Made by a program: the position numbers and the translations under genes | The notes under the pieces: model-generated | Seen by the model: only the letters and a program-made list of their open reading frames with translations | What the model was told of the DNA's origin: nothing | Database searches by the model: none | Shown here: in pieces, positions 27,571 to 36,725 of the stretch | Position numbering within the stretch: the first letter of the stretch is position 1 | How the letters are laid out: each line of letters begins with the position of its first letter | Assembly: GCA_013152275.1 (NCBI GenBank) | Contig: JAADGS010000032.1 | Span: 1 to 43,925, forward strand | Reading direction: 5' to 3' | DNA from: Actinomycetota bacterium | GTDB taxonomy: Bacteria; Actinomycetota; Acidimicrobiia; Spongiisociales; UBA4744 | Length of the DNA: 43,925 nt

Positions 27571-27981
27571 ATGAGAATCGGCGAGGTTGGGAAGGCGGTG
27601 GGGGTGGGTCCGCCGACGATCCGTTATTACGAGTCGGTCGGGGTGCTGCCGGAGCCGGAGCGGACCCCGTCGGGCTATCGCTCGTACTCGGTGGACGATG
27701 TGGAGCGACTGCGGTTTGTGACGTTGGCGAGGTCGTTGGGCATCGGGTTGGACGATATCCGCGAGATTCTGGGTCTGCGAGACCGGGGTGAGGCTCCGTG
27801 CCGGTATGTCCGTGCCGTGTTGGATCGTCAGGTGGATGCCGTTGCGGAACGAATCGGCCGGCTCGAGACCTTGTCTGAGGAGCTTCGCCGGTTGCAGCGA
27901 CTGGCTCGCACACTTCCCGATATCGACTCGGATGATCCCTGCGTGTGTCACATCCTCCAGCCTGCCGGGGCACGGCACTGA
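27571..27981 (+). CDS. MerR-family heavy-metal-responsive regulator
   Basis: MRIGEV...TIRYYE...RTPSGYRSY; Cys77; C-terminal CVCHIL. Confidence 0.92.
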   Translation: MRIGEVGKAVGVGPPTIRYYESVGVLPEPERTPSGYRSYSVDDVERLRFVTLARSLGIGLDDIREILGLRDRGEAPCRYVRAVLDRQVDAVAERIGRLETLSEELRRLQRLARTLPDIDSDDPCVCHILQPAGARH

Positions 27982-28256
27982 CCGTGCGTGGAACGACGGC
28001 AACGACAGTCCCCGACGACTTGGACGTGAGGGGCAGATGGCGGCAGCGGCATCGATGACGTTCACGGTGCAGGGGACTGCACGGGATCCGCAGACAGCCT
28101 CGGATCTGCGCCGAGCCATCTGGACGGTGTGATCCGGGCCCGAGCCGGCTACGACGGTGCCGGGTGGAGGTGCGTTTCTACCCGGACCGGGTGTCAAAGG
28201 ACGTCGTTCGAGGACGGATCCGAGCCTCGGGTTTCGAACCCGATTGAACAAACGAG

Positions 28257-30707
28257 ATGACAGAGATGGCCGACGGATCCACAGACCGAAACACCGACAT
28301 CGAGGGCGCACAGGCTGTGTTCCGGATGAAGATCGGTGGCATGTCGTGCTCGTTCTGTGCGTCGACGATCAACAAGGCCTACGGGCGGATCGACGGTGTG
28401 TATGAGGTGGGCGTGTCGTTGGCCCATGAGGAGGGGCTGGTCAGGTACGACCCTTCCAAGGTGACGCCGGAGAAGTTGCGCCGCACGCTGGAGGAACTGG
28501 GCTACACGTATCGGGATCCGGAGAAGGTGCGAAGCTTCGACGAGGACGCCGACGAGCTTCGCCGTGAGCGGGGCCGGTTGATCGCCGCGGGGAGTTTCGC
28601 CGTGGCGAGTCTGCTGCTGATGTTGTTCGGCCGGTGGCTCGATCTCGTCGAGATCCCGCTGATGCCCTGGCTGTTGTTGGCGTTGGCGCTGAACACGATG
28701 TTCGTCACGGGCTGGTTCATCAAGAAGATGGCATGGGCGTCGCTGCGCCGTGGCATTCTGAACCAGCACGTGCTGTTGGAGTTCGCCGCGTTCGCCGGGA
28801 TCGCCGGCGGCTTGATGGGTCTGTTCGTGTTGAACGATTTCCCGGTCGGTGACTTCTTCGCCGCCGCCACTCTGGTCACCACCTATCACATTCTGTCGCA
28901 CTACTCGTCGCTGGTCGTGCGCACGCGCGCATCGCAGGCGGTTCGCCGTCTCATGGCGCTACGTCCCGATACCGCCCGGGTGATCCGTAACGGTGAAGAG
29001 AGCGAGACACCGATCGACGGCGTGGTCTCAGGCGACCGTGTCCGCATTCGACCAGGTGAGTCGATCCCGGTCGACGGAATCGTCGTGGACGGGCTCTCGG
29101 CGGTGGACGAGGCGCTCGTGACCGGCGAGTCGATTCCTGCAGAGAAGGGTCCCGGCGACGACGTGATCGGCGGATCCATCAACCAGACCGGCACCCTCGT
29201 CGTGCAAGTGACTCGGGTCGGCGAGGACGCGTTCCTCTCTCGGGTGGGGCGTTTCATCGACGAGGCCCGAAGCCTCCGCCCCGGCGTGCTGCAGATCGTC
29301 GACGTCGTACTCCGTTACTTCGCACCCACCGTGCTCATCCTTGCCGCCGCCGGATTCGCGATCTGGACCGTTGCACCGGCTCTTCTCGGAGACGGACCGA
29401 ACTGGAATCGTGCATTCCTTGCCGGGCTCGCCACTTTGGTGATGGGGTACCCTTGCGCGTTGGGGATGGCCACACCGTTGGCCACTATTCGCGGCGGTGG
29501 CGAAGCAGCCCAGCGGGGGATCCTGATGCGATCGGGTGAAGCATTCCAGGTGATGGGTGACATCGCCGTCATCGTGTTCGACAAGACCGGCACGATCACT
29601 CGAAGCGAACCCACCGTGAATACCATCGTGCCGGCCGATGGCGTCAACGAAGAGGACGTGCTGCGGATGGGCGCCTCCATCGAGATGAACAGCGAACACC
29701 CTCTCGCCCGCGCCGTCGAAGGCGCCGCCGAGAATCAGGACCTCTCCCTGGTCGAAACCGATGCCTTCGAGTCCCACACCGGATACGGCGTGGAAGCCAT
29801 CGTCGAAGGCGCACGCGTTCTCGTAGGGAAACCGACCTGGCTCATCACAGAAGGTATCGATCTCACACCGCTCGACACCGACCGGCGGCGCCTCGAAGAA
29901 GCAGGCCAGACCGTCATCGCCGTTGCTCGCAGCGGACGGCTTCTCGGACTCGTCGGCATCGCCGACAACAGCAAAGACGACGCCGCCCAAACCATCCAAC
30001 GAATCAAGGACGCCGGCATCACCCCGGTCATGATCACCGGTGACAACCATCGCACCGCGCGAGCCGTCTCCACCCAGGTCGGAATCGACGAAGTACTTGC
30101 CGAGGTCCTCCCCGACGAGAAAGCCGCCGAGATCCGCCGGCTCCAGGACGACGGGACACGAGTGATGATGGTCGGTGACGGCATCAATGACGCTCCCGCC
30201 CTCACCCAGGCGGACATCGGCGTCGCCATCGGTGCCGGAACCGACATCGCCATCGAGTCCGCGGACATCGTCATCATGAGTGACCGGCTCGGTTCCGTGA
30301 TGGACGCCCACGAGATCGGCGTGTCCTCCTACCGCAAGACCAAACAGAACCTGGCGCTCGCGTTCGGCTTCAACGGAATCGGAATCGCCGCTGCGGTCAC
30401 CGGCCTCGTCAGTCCCGTCTGGGCAATGATCGCCATGATCTCATCGGTCACCGCGGTGCTCGCCAACTCGTTCGGAGGCCGGTTTCTCCGTGGCGAGGCA
30501 CGCAACAGCCGATACGAATCCTTCAGCCGAGACAGTCACCATCAGAGTCCCGATCGGCACGACGCGACCAAAGGCGGCGCACCTCACATGTTCGACCATG
30601 AGGGTCTGCTCGAACTTCGCCTGGACGGGCAAACGGTACGCTTCTGGGCCACGCTCGCCGTAGCGATCACGGCCATCACGCTTCTCGTCGGCGTCTGGTC
30701 GACTTGA
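28257..30707 (+). CDS. P1B-type heavy-metal-translocating ATPase (CopA-like, YPC variant)
   Basis: GMSCSFC MBD, TGES, GYPCALG, DKTGT, SEHPLA, TGDN and GDGINDAP. The start could be 28266. Confidence 0.93.
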   Translation: MTEMADGSTDRNTDIEGAQAVFRMKIGGMSCSFCASTINKAYGRIDGVYEVGVSLAHEEGLVRYDPSKVTPEKLRRTLEELGYTYRDPEKVRSFDEDADELRRERGRLIAAGSFAVASLLLMLFGRWLDLVEIPLMPWLLLALALNTMFVTGWFIKKMAWASLRRGILNQHVLLEFAAFAGIAGGLMGLFVLNDFPVGDFFAAATLVTTYHILSHYSSLVVRTRASQAVRRLMALRPDTARVIRNGEESETPIDGVVSGDRVRIRPGESIPVDGIVVDGLSAVDEALVTGESIPAEKGPGDDVIGGSINQTGTLVVQVTRVGEDAFLSRVGRFIDEARSLRPGVLQIVDVVLRYFAPTVLILAAAGFAIWTVAPALLGDGPNWNRAFLAGLATLVMGYPCALGMATPLATIRGGGEAAQRGILMRSGEAFQVMGDIAVIVFDKTGTITRSEPTVNTIVPADGVNEEDVLRMGASIEMNSEHPLARAVEGAAENQDLSLVETDAFESHTGYGVEAIVEGARVLVGKPTWLITEGIDLTPLDTDRRRLEEAGQTVIAVARSGRLLGLVGIADNSKDDAAQTIQRIKDAGITPVMITGDNHRTARAVSTQVGIDEVLAEVLPDEKAAEIRRLQDDGTRVMMVGDGINDAPALTQADIGVAIGAGTDIAIESADIVIMSDRLGSVMDAHEIGVSSYRKTKQNLALAFGFNGIGIAAAVTGLVSPVWAMIAMISSVTAVLANSFGGRFLRGEARNSRYESFSRDSHHQSPDRHDATKGGAPHMFDHEGLLELRLDGQTVRFWATLAVAITAITLLVGVWST

Positions 30708-31121
30708 GACGGGCCTTCCGATCTTCGCGGGAGCCGGCCTGTGCAATGGATGAGACGAGATCGCAGCAGATGTGGGCCGCGACGTGCCGCACGATGACCC
30801 CGATCCGTTGCGGCGCTACGCACGAAAGCCCGGTCGGGGTAATCCGCGACGCGATGGGCGCTCCGCAGGCGCCCGTCGCTTCGCTTTCCACCGATCAAGA
30901 CGACGAATGAGTCCGCCGCATGAGCCTCGCCTCCCGCCCACATCCGGCTTCTGGACGCCGAGCAGACGACCGGGAGCCTGGGGGCGAAGGGGGGCCGGTG
31001 ACGCTCGAACCAATCTGTCGAAACGGCGACGCGAGGCCGAAACGGCATCTTCCACACGGCACGTCGCAGGACAAGCTCCTACTGTGGCCGTGATCCGAGG
31101 ACGGGATGAGGTGAGATCGCG

Positions 31122-31724
31122 ATGTGGCTCTACATAGTCTTGGGTGTGTCCATCGGCTTGTGGCTGGCGTTGGGGATATACGTCTTTTCCGAGATCAAGA
31201 CGACCTACGAGGCGAAGGGCACGTTCTCGAACAGGCTTCTCTACACCTGGTACGGCATGTGGGTGTTTCATCACCTTCCGGTGGTCTTGGCGTCCTGGTT
31301 TGCCGTCTGGGCGATACCGGTCGACAAGACGCTCGCTCAGATTGTCGGTCTGGTTCTGTTCGTGATCGGACTCGTACTCTTGCCGATGGGGATGATCGAG
31401 TTTCGTTCGCTGCGGAGGTCGACCGGGCAGGATATCTCGAAGCTCGTCACCTCCGGGATCTATCGATGGAGCAGGAATCCGCAGTTCGTCGGCTGGTCGT
31501 TGATGCTGTTGGGAGTATCGATCTTCGGGCGTTCGGGATTCGCCCTGGCGCTCACGTTCGTGTTCATGGTCGTTTTGCATCTGTACACCGTGCGGCTGGC
31601 GGAGCCGTATCTCGAGAATGTGTACGGAGATGAATACCGTCGGTATCTGTCCAACGCTCCGAGATACATCGGGATACCGAAAGAACCTGGGAGATCACCT
31701 GATCGGGCAACCGGGGGCAGATGA
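31122..31724 (+). CDS. Isoprenylcysteine carboxyl methyltransferase (Ste14/PEMT-like) membrane protein
   Basis: LVTSGIYRWSRNPQFVG and E.YL...YGDEY..Y...PRY motifs; GAGG SD. Confidence 0.85.
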   Translation: MWLYIVLGVSIGLWLALGIYVFSEIKTTYEAKGTFSNRLLYTWYGMWVFHHLPVVLASWFAVWAIPVDKTLAQIVGLVLFVIGLVLLPMGMIEFRSLRRSTGQDISKLVTSGIYRWSRNPQFVGWSLMLLGVSIFGRSGFALALTFVFMVVLHLYTVRLAEPYLENVYGDEYRRYLSNAPRYIGIPKEPGRSPDRATGGR

Positions 31725-31909
31725 TCCGCCTGTTCGGAGCACGGCAGGGTGCCGGAACGGGCGCACGTGACGGCGTCCTGCTGCATACTCCGAGCAAGCA
31801 CGCTGGAGGGGTTCCGAACACGGGGCCGGGACATGGTCTGGGCAATCCCGCAGTCGGTGTCGGCTGTGGCCGTCGTGGGGGGGTGTCTGTCCGGCGCCTT
31901 GCCTCGGGA

Positions 31910-32719
31910 TCACTTCGCCGCCCGGTAGGTGCCGAGGATGTGGAGATCGTCGATCGAGTGCGGGGGCGGGTCCAGGATCCGTGCCAGCCCGACCGGTCCC
32001 GGCTCGTGCAGCAGATCCACGTAGAAGCGATAGGACCAGGCAGTTCTCCCTGGCCTGGACTCGATGCGGGTCAGGTTGGCACCGCGCAGCCCCAGTTCGG
32101 TGAGAGCCAAGGCCAACGCGCCGGGGCTGTGCGCGGTCGAGAATGAGATCGAGCTCTTGTTGTCGTCTGGTCTGGCGCACGGCGCCCCGGGGGCGAGGGC
32201 CACGAACCGGGTGGCGTTGTGGTCACGGTCGACGACGTCGGAGAGCAGGACGCTCAGCCCGTAGCGCCGATGCGCGTCGGGAGGGGCCAGGGCAGCCTGT
32301 GTAGGGTCACGGTCCTCCGCGACCAGGCGCACGGCGCCGGCCGTATCGGGCACGGCGACCGGCTCCCATCCGCGGACGGTCAGTGTCTCACGGGCCTGAG
32401 CCAGCGCCTCGGGATGCGACAGCACGCGACGGATGTCGCAAGGTTGCGCACCAGGAAGACCGATGAGGGCGTGGCGTACCCGTCCGTAGTGTTCGGCCAC
32501 GATCGACGCATCGGCGGCGTCGAGTCTGTCGAGGACTTCGAGGATGCTTCCCGTCGTCGAGTTCTCGATGGGAACGACCAGCACGTCGACGTCGGCGTCG
32601 ACGAGGGCGGCGAAGGCCTCGGCGAACCCGTGCAGCCCCACCGCTTCGGCGTCCGGATACAGGTCCGTCACGGCCTGGTGGCTGTAGGAGCGTTCCTCTC
32701 CCTGGTATCCGACCTTCAT
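31910..32719 (-). CDS. pheA: Prephenate dehydratase
   Basis: GYQGEERSYSH, VPIENSTTG, SHPEALAQ, NATRF and NLTRIESRP motifs. Confidence 0.92.
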   Translation of the reverse strand: MKVGYQGEERSYSHQAVTDLYPDAEAVGLHGFAEAFAALVDADVDVLVVPIENSTTGSILEVLDRLDAADASIVAEHYGRVRHALIGLPGAQPCDIRRVLSHPEALAQARETLTVRGWEPVAVPDTAGAVRLVAEDRDPTQAALAPPDAHRRYGLSVLLSDVVDRDHNATRFVALAPGAPCARPDDNKSSISFSTAHSPGALALALTELGLRGANLTRIESRPGRTAWSYRFYVDLLHEPGPVGLARILDPPPHSIDDLHILGTYRAAK

Positions 32720-33765
32720 CGTTCGTCACCTCTGATTCGTGCCACGGTCAACGCTTCGGCATGCAACGCCCGGCACAGGGCCGGAATGTCGTCTTTGCGC
32801 ACGAACACCTGCAGCAGGCCACCGCCGCCATGAGGGGCGTGACGAAGTTGCAGGTCGCGCACGTCTACTCGGCTGTGCTCCAGCGCCCGGCCGACCGCGG
32901 CGAGTTCGCCTGGTCGGTCCAGCAGTGAGATCTCGATCGCGGCTACCGCCGGGTGAAGTCTCTCTTGGAGCCGGCCCGACTCGGCCAACGCCGCGGTGAC
33001 CTCTACGTGCGCCTCGGCCTTGAGGAGATCTGCCCACCGTTGCAGTCTGTGACCGAATCGTTCGATCGTCTCGATGGCAAGCTGTCGGTTCGCAGCAAGC
33101 AGATCGGACCACAGGCCGGGATCGGAGGCTGCCACCCGGGTGAGGTCGCGAAAGCTGCCACCGACGAGGGAGAGGTCTCCAAGTTCTGCCGCGGCTTGCG
33201 CGATCAGCGTCGAGGCCAGCAACTGTGGCAAGTGGCTGACCACGGCGATCGCCCGATCGTGCTCGTCTGCAGACATCCGCACCGGATTGGCTCCGAGTTG
33301 TCTCACGATCTCTTCGACTCGTTCCATGTCGTCGGAATCGGCTCCATCGGTGGTGAGGATCCAGGTTGCTCCATGAAACAACACAGGTGTGGCGGCGGCT
33401 GGGCCACTCACTTCTCGTCCCGCCATCGGATGGCCGGGCACGAAATGGCGGAGATGGGCTCCGGCGGCGATCACGGGGGTCTTGACACCGGCGACATCGG
33501 TCACCAGCACGTCGGTCGAGAGTTTTCGCAGCGTTCCAGGAACCGCCTGCGGCGGCCCGGCCAGAATGAGCAGGTCCAGATCTTCGGAGACGACGTCGTT
33601 CTCGGAGACGGCGATGCTGGCGACCGCACCTCGCTCGTGCGCCGCCTGCAGCGATGCGAGATCCGGGTCCCATCCGATGAGGTCCCATCCTGCTGCGGTC
33701 AAGCCGAGTCCGATCGACGAGCCGATCAGGCCGGTGCCGAGAACCCCCGCCGTGGGCCTACGCAC
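32716..33765 (-). CDS. tyrA: Prephenate dehydrogenase with C-terminal ACT domain
   Basis: GTGLIGSS, TDVAGVK, GHPMAG, HD...SHLPQL, RDLTRVA and DRPGEL motifs. Confidence 0.92.
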   Translation of the reverse strand: MRRPTAGVLGTGLIGSSIGLGLTAAGWDLIGWDPDLASLQAAHERGAVASIAVSENDVVSEDLDLLILAGPPQAVPGTLRKLSTDVLVTDVAGVKTPVIAAGAHLRHFVPGHPMAGREVSGPAAATPVLFHGATWILTTDGADSDDMERVEEIVRQLGANPVRMSADEHDRAIAVVSHLPQLLASTLIAQAAAELGDLSLVGGSFRDLTRVAASDPGLWSDLLAANRQLAIETIERFGHRLQRWADLLKAEAHVEVTAALAESGRLQERLHPAVAAIEISLLDRPGELAAVGRALEHSRVDVRDLQLRHAPHGGGGLLQVFVRKDDIPALCRALHAEALTVARIRGDER

Positions 33766-34852
33766 CAGTCCGACTCCTGCCTGCCGCTGCCGCGAGCGGT
33801 GTGAGCGAGTGACGCTGCGCTCTGCGGGATTGGTGCAGAATCGTTTCGAACAGTGCCCGCACCACCTGAGGGTCGAGTCCGGAGCCTTCCGCCTCCGCAG
33901 CCAGGCCTGCGAGGATTTCGGCTTCGCGACCGGGACTGTGCAGGGGCAGGCCGCGAGCCATTTTGGCTTGGCCGATCTCGAGCGAACGAGAGAGTCGCTG
34001 AGCGAGAAGGCGGAGGATCTGGCGGTCGATCCGATCGATATCCTCTCGAACCGAGACGATACCGAGTGCCTCCATGAGCTGCTCGAAACCGGCGGCGTCG
34101 AGCTGTTGTGGACCGTCGGACAGGGCCCGGTCCGGTTCTGGATGCACTTCGACCATCATGCCGTCGGCTCCGACGGCGCGTCCGGCGAGCGCGAACGGCA
34201 TGATCAGGTCTCTGCGGCCCGAAGCATGGCTCGGGTCGATGGTCACCGGCAGGTGACTGATGGCCTTTACGACCGGGACCGCTCCGATGTCGAGTGTATT
34301 CCGGGTGCTGGTCTCGAACGTTCGGATGCCGCGTTCGCACAGGACGACCTGGGCGTTTCCGCCATCCAGGATGTATTCGGCGGCGAGGAGCCACTCATCG
34401 ACGGTGGCGGCCAGCCCACGCTTGAGGAGAATCGGCTTGCCCGAACGAGCGACCGCGCGCAACAGAGCGAAGTTCTGCATGTTTCGGGAGCCGACCTGAA
34501 GCATGTCGACGTGGCTTGCCACGAGGTCGACGTCGGCCGGTTCCATCACCTCCGAGACCGTCGGCAGGCCCGTCCTCCGCCCGGCCTTCTCGAGGATGCG
34601 AAGACCTTCCGGGCCGAGACCCTGGAACGAGTATGGGGAGGTCCTCGGCTTGTAGGCACCGCCGCGCAGCATCGAAGCGCCACCGCGGGCGACGATCCCG
34701 GCGGTTCGCATCATTTGCGCCTCGCTTTCGATGGCGCAGGGACCGGCGATCACGGGGTAGGAGCCGTCGCCGAATTGCACGGGGCCGACTCGAACCACGG
34801 TCGTGGTCGAGTCTTCATTGCGATGACTCTTCAGTGCTGGCTGGCTGCTCAT
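33758..34852 (-). CDS. aroF: Type I-beta DAHP synthase fused to a C-terminal chorismate mutase
   Basis: IAGPCAIES, GGAYKPRTSPYSFQG, LCERGIR, DPSH and SDGPQ; tail VREDIDRIDRQILRLLAQR...RE (AroQ). Confidence 0.92.
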   Translation of the reverse strand: MSSQPALKSHRNEDSTTTVVRVGPVQFGDGSYPVIAGPCAIESEAQMMRTAGIVARGGASMLRGGAYKPRTSPYSFQGLGPEGLRILEKAGRRTGLPTVSEVMEPADVDLVASHVDMLQVGSRNMQNFALLRAVARSGKPILLKRGLAATVDEWLLAAEYILDGGNAQVVLCERGIRTFETSTRNTLDIGAVPVVKAISHLPVTIDPSHASGRRDLIMPFALAGRAVGADGMMVEVHPEPDRALSDGPQQLDAAGFEQLMEALGIVSVREDIDRIDRQILRLLAQRLSRSLEIGQAKMARGLPLHSPGREAEILAGLAAEAEGSGLDPQVVRALFETILHQSRRAQRHSLTPLAAAAGRSRTGA

Positions 34853-34879
34853 GGTCTCCGGTCCTCTCTCAGGGGACCA

Positions 34880-34982
34880 CGGCTCCGGGAATCAAGAAAC
34901 CCGGAGCCGTCGGCTCCGGGTTGAAGGGGTTGTGTCGTGTGCCTACCTAGTGGCGCGTTCCCTTCACCCGGGCCTCGGGCCC
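34880..34982 (-). promoter_or_regulatory. Transcription attenuator (terminator/antiterminator) of the aro operon
   Basis: Terminator AACCCGGAGCC-gac-GGCTCCGGGTT followed by TCTTGATT (34898-34922). Leader segment CCGGGTGAAGGG is complementary to CCCTTCAACCCGG, which overlaps the terminator 5' arm. Confidence 0.82.
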
Positions 34983-35018
34983 GGCGTAAAAGAACGTAAA
35001 GACGTAGGTGGCTCTCAT
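34947..35018 (-). CDS. Phe/Tyr-rich leader peptide MRATYVFTFFYAGPEARVKGTRH
   Basis: 5 of codons 5-11 are Tyr or Phe; upstream of aroF-tyrA-pheA; TATGCT -10-like box 9 nt before the ATG. Confidence 0.85.
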   Translation of the reverse strand: MRATYVFTFFYAGPEARVKGTRH

Positions 35019-35128
35019 CTGACGAGGAGCATAGCCACGTCGCGGCGGAGAGCCAAGGAGTTCTTGTCGCGGCGCTTCCCATCACGGGGGCTCCCGGTCT
35101 TTGACCGAGCCGGGGGTAGCCTTGCACA

Positions 35129-35674
35129 GTGGCTACGTTCATCGCCCTGCTCCGCGGGGTCAACGTCGGCGGGCACAAGAGGGTCCCGATGGTGAGCTTG
35201 CGTGAAACCCTTCACAGGGCTGGGTACACGAACGTGGTCACGTACATCCAGTCGGGCAATGTCGTCTTCGATGCAGACGAGAATGGTCCGGACGCTCTGG
35301 CCAAGTCGATCGAGGCTGCTCTCACGTCCAAGTTCGGGTTCGACGTTCCGGTGATCGTCCGCACTTGCGACGAACTGGCCGCCGCGGCCAGTGTCAACCC
35401 CTATGTCGGTGTCGTCGACGACGCCCAGATCGGTATCGCCTTGCTGAAGCGAGTCCCCACAATCGACGACCCGATCGATCCGGCTGTGCACCGGCCAGAC
35501 GAGTTCACGCTCGTCGGCCGCGAGGTGCACTTGCACTGCCCCAACGGGTTCGGAAGAACGAAGCTCACGAACGCCTACCTGGAAGATGCGCTGGGAGTCG
35601 TCGCCACGACCCGCAACGTGCGAACCGTTCGCAAACTGCTTGGACTGAGCGACCGCCGGAAGTCTGCCGAGTAG
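35129..35674 (+). CDS. DUF1697 family protein
   Basis: IALLRGVNVGG, VVTYIQSGNVVF, G.GRTKL and TTRN motifs. Confidence 0.9.
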   Translation: MATFIALLRGVNVGGHKRVPMVSLRETLHRAGYTNVVTYIQSGNVVFDADENGPDALAKSIEAALTSKFGFDVPVIVRTCDELAAAASVNPYVGVVDDAQIGIALLKRVPTIDDPIDPAVHRPDEFTLVGREVHLHCPNGFGRTKLTNAYLEDALGVVATTRNVRTVRKLLGLSDRRKSAE

Positions 35675-35746
35675 TGCCAGTGCGTAGATCGGCGGCTGTG
35701 CGCGTCAGTCGCGTGTTTCGGACTTCGTGCTTCGTATCGCGATGAG

Positions 35747-36454
35747 GTGATCCGTGACTTCCCCGAAGACCCCGTGCCGGATGACGCCCGGGTCCTCACC
35801 GCCCGATTCGGCAGCGTCATCTTCATCGACGTGTACGTGGTCAACGGCCGGGACGTCACCGACCCGACGTACCAGGTCAAGCTCGAATGGCTTGCCGCGT
35901 TGCGCCGTTGGATGACCGACACCTTTGACCTGAACGACGAGCTCGTCGTCGCCGGAGACTTCAACATCGCCCCGGACGAGCGTGACGTCTGCGACCCGGC
36001 CACGTGCGCCGGCCGCATCCACTGCTCCGAAACGGAACGCGCCGAGCTGCGGTGGTTCCTGGACCGGGGGTTCGTCGACCTTCTCCGCCTCCACAGCGAA
36101 GGCGCCGGCCGGTACAGCTGGTGGGACTACCGCGGCGGGGGCGTTCCATCGTGGCTGGGGCTCAGGATCGACCTTGTCCTCGGCACCCGACCGATGGCCG
36201 ACCGCTGCGTCGAGGTGCGGATCGACCGCAACGAACGGCGCCCGACCGCCGGTGAAGGCAAGCCCGGCGATCATGCACCGATCATCGCGAAGTTCCGGCC
36301 CCAGGAGCTTGTGGTGGGTGCCCGGTACTCGGACCGAGACCTCCCGATGCTCGCATGCCTCGGCGTCGAGCCGGTGGTGAGCGTCGAGGCTGTGCAGCAG
36401 CAGGCCAAGCAGCTCCTGTCACGACGTTCCGATATCGGGACGGACGCCCTGTGA
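35747..36454 (+). pseudogene. xth: Exodeoxyribonuclease III remnant (N-terminus lost, C-terminal read-through)
   Basis: YVVNG, AGDFNIAP, YSWWDYR, GLRIDL and GDHAP are present. The N-terminal WNVN/LQE metal-binding segment is absent. Confidence 0.72.
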
Positions 36455-36725
36455 CTACGGAAGGCATTCTCGATCGCTGTGGGAAGTGGGCTCGGGCGGC
36501 TGCGACAGGGCGAGGGGAGAACCGGCGTCCCGGGTCTGGTTGGCTCCTCGATCAGGTAGTTTTGTACGTGAGAGGCGAATCAGATGTGCGAAGAGTGAAT
36601 GTGGCGTGTGACCGCAGATTCACCGGCGTTGGGTGAACAGAGGGTTCCACAGGAGCGTATGGCTCGTCAAGGTGTCGCCGAGCGCCCGACCGACTCCGAA
36701 GTGCACCAAGAAGAGGAGGCTTTCA

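Noticed and set aside
33389..34924. 511-aa plus-strand ORF
   Set aside because: Shadow of aroF/tyrA.
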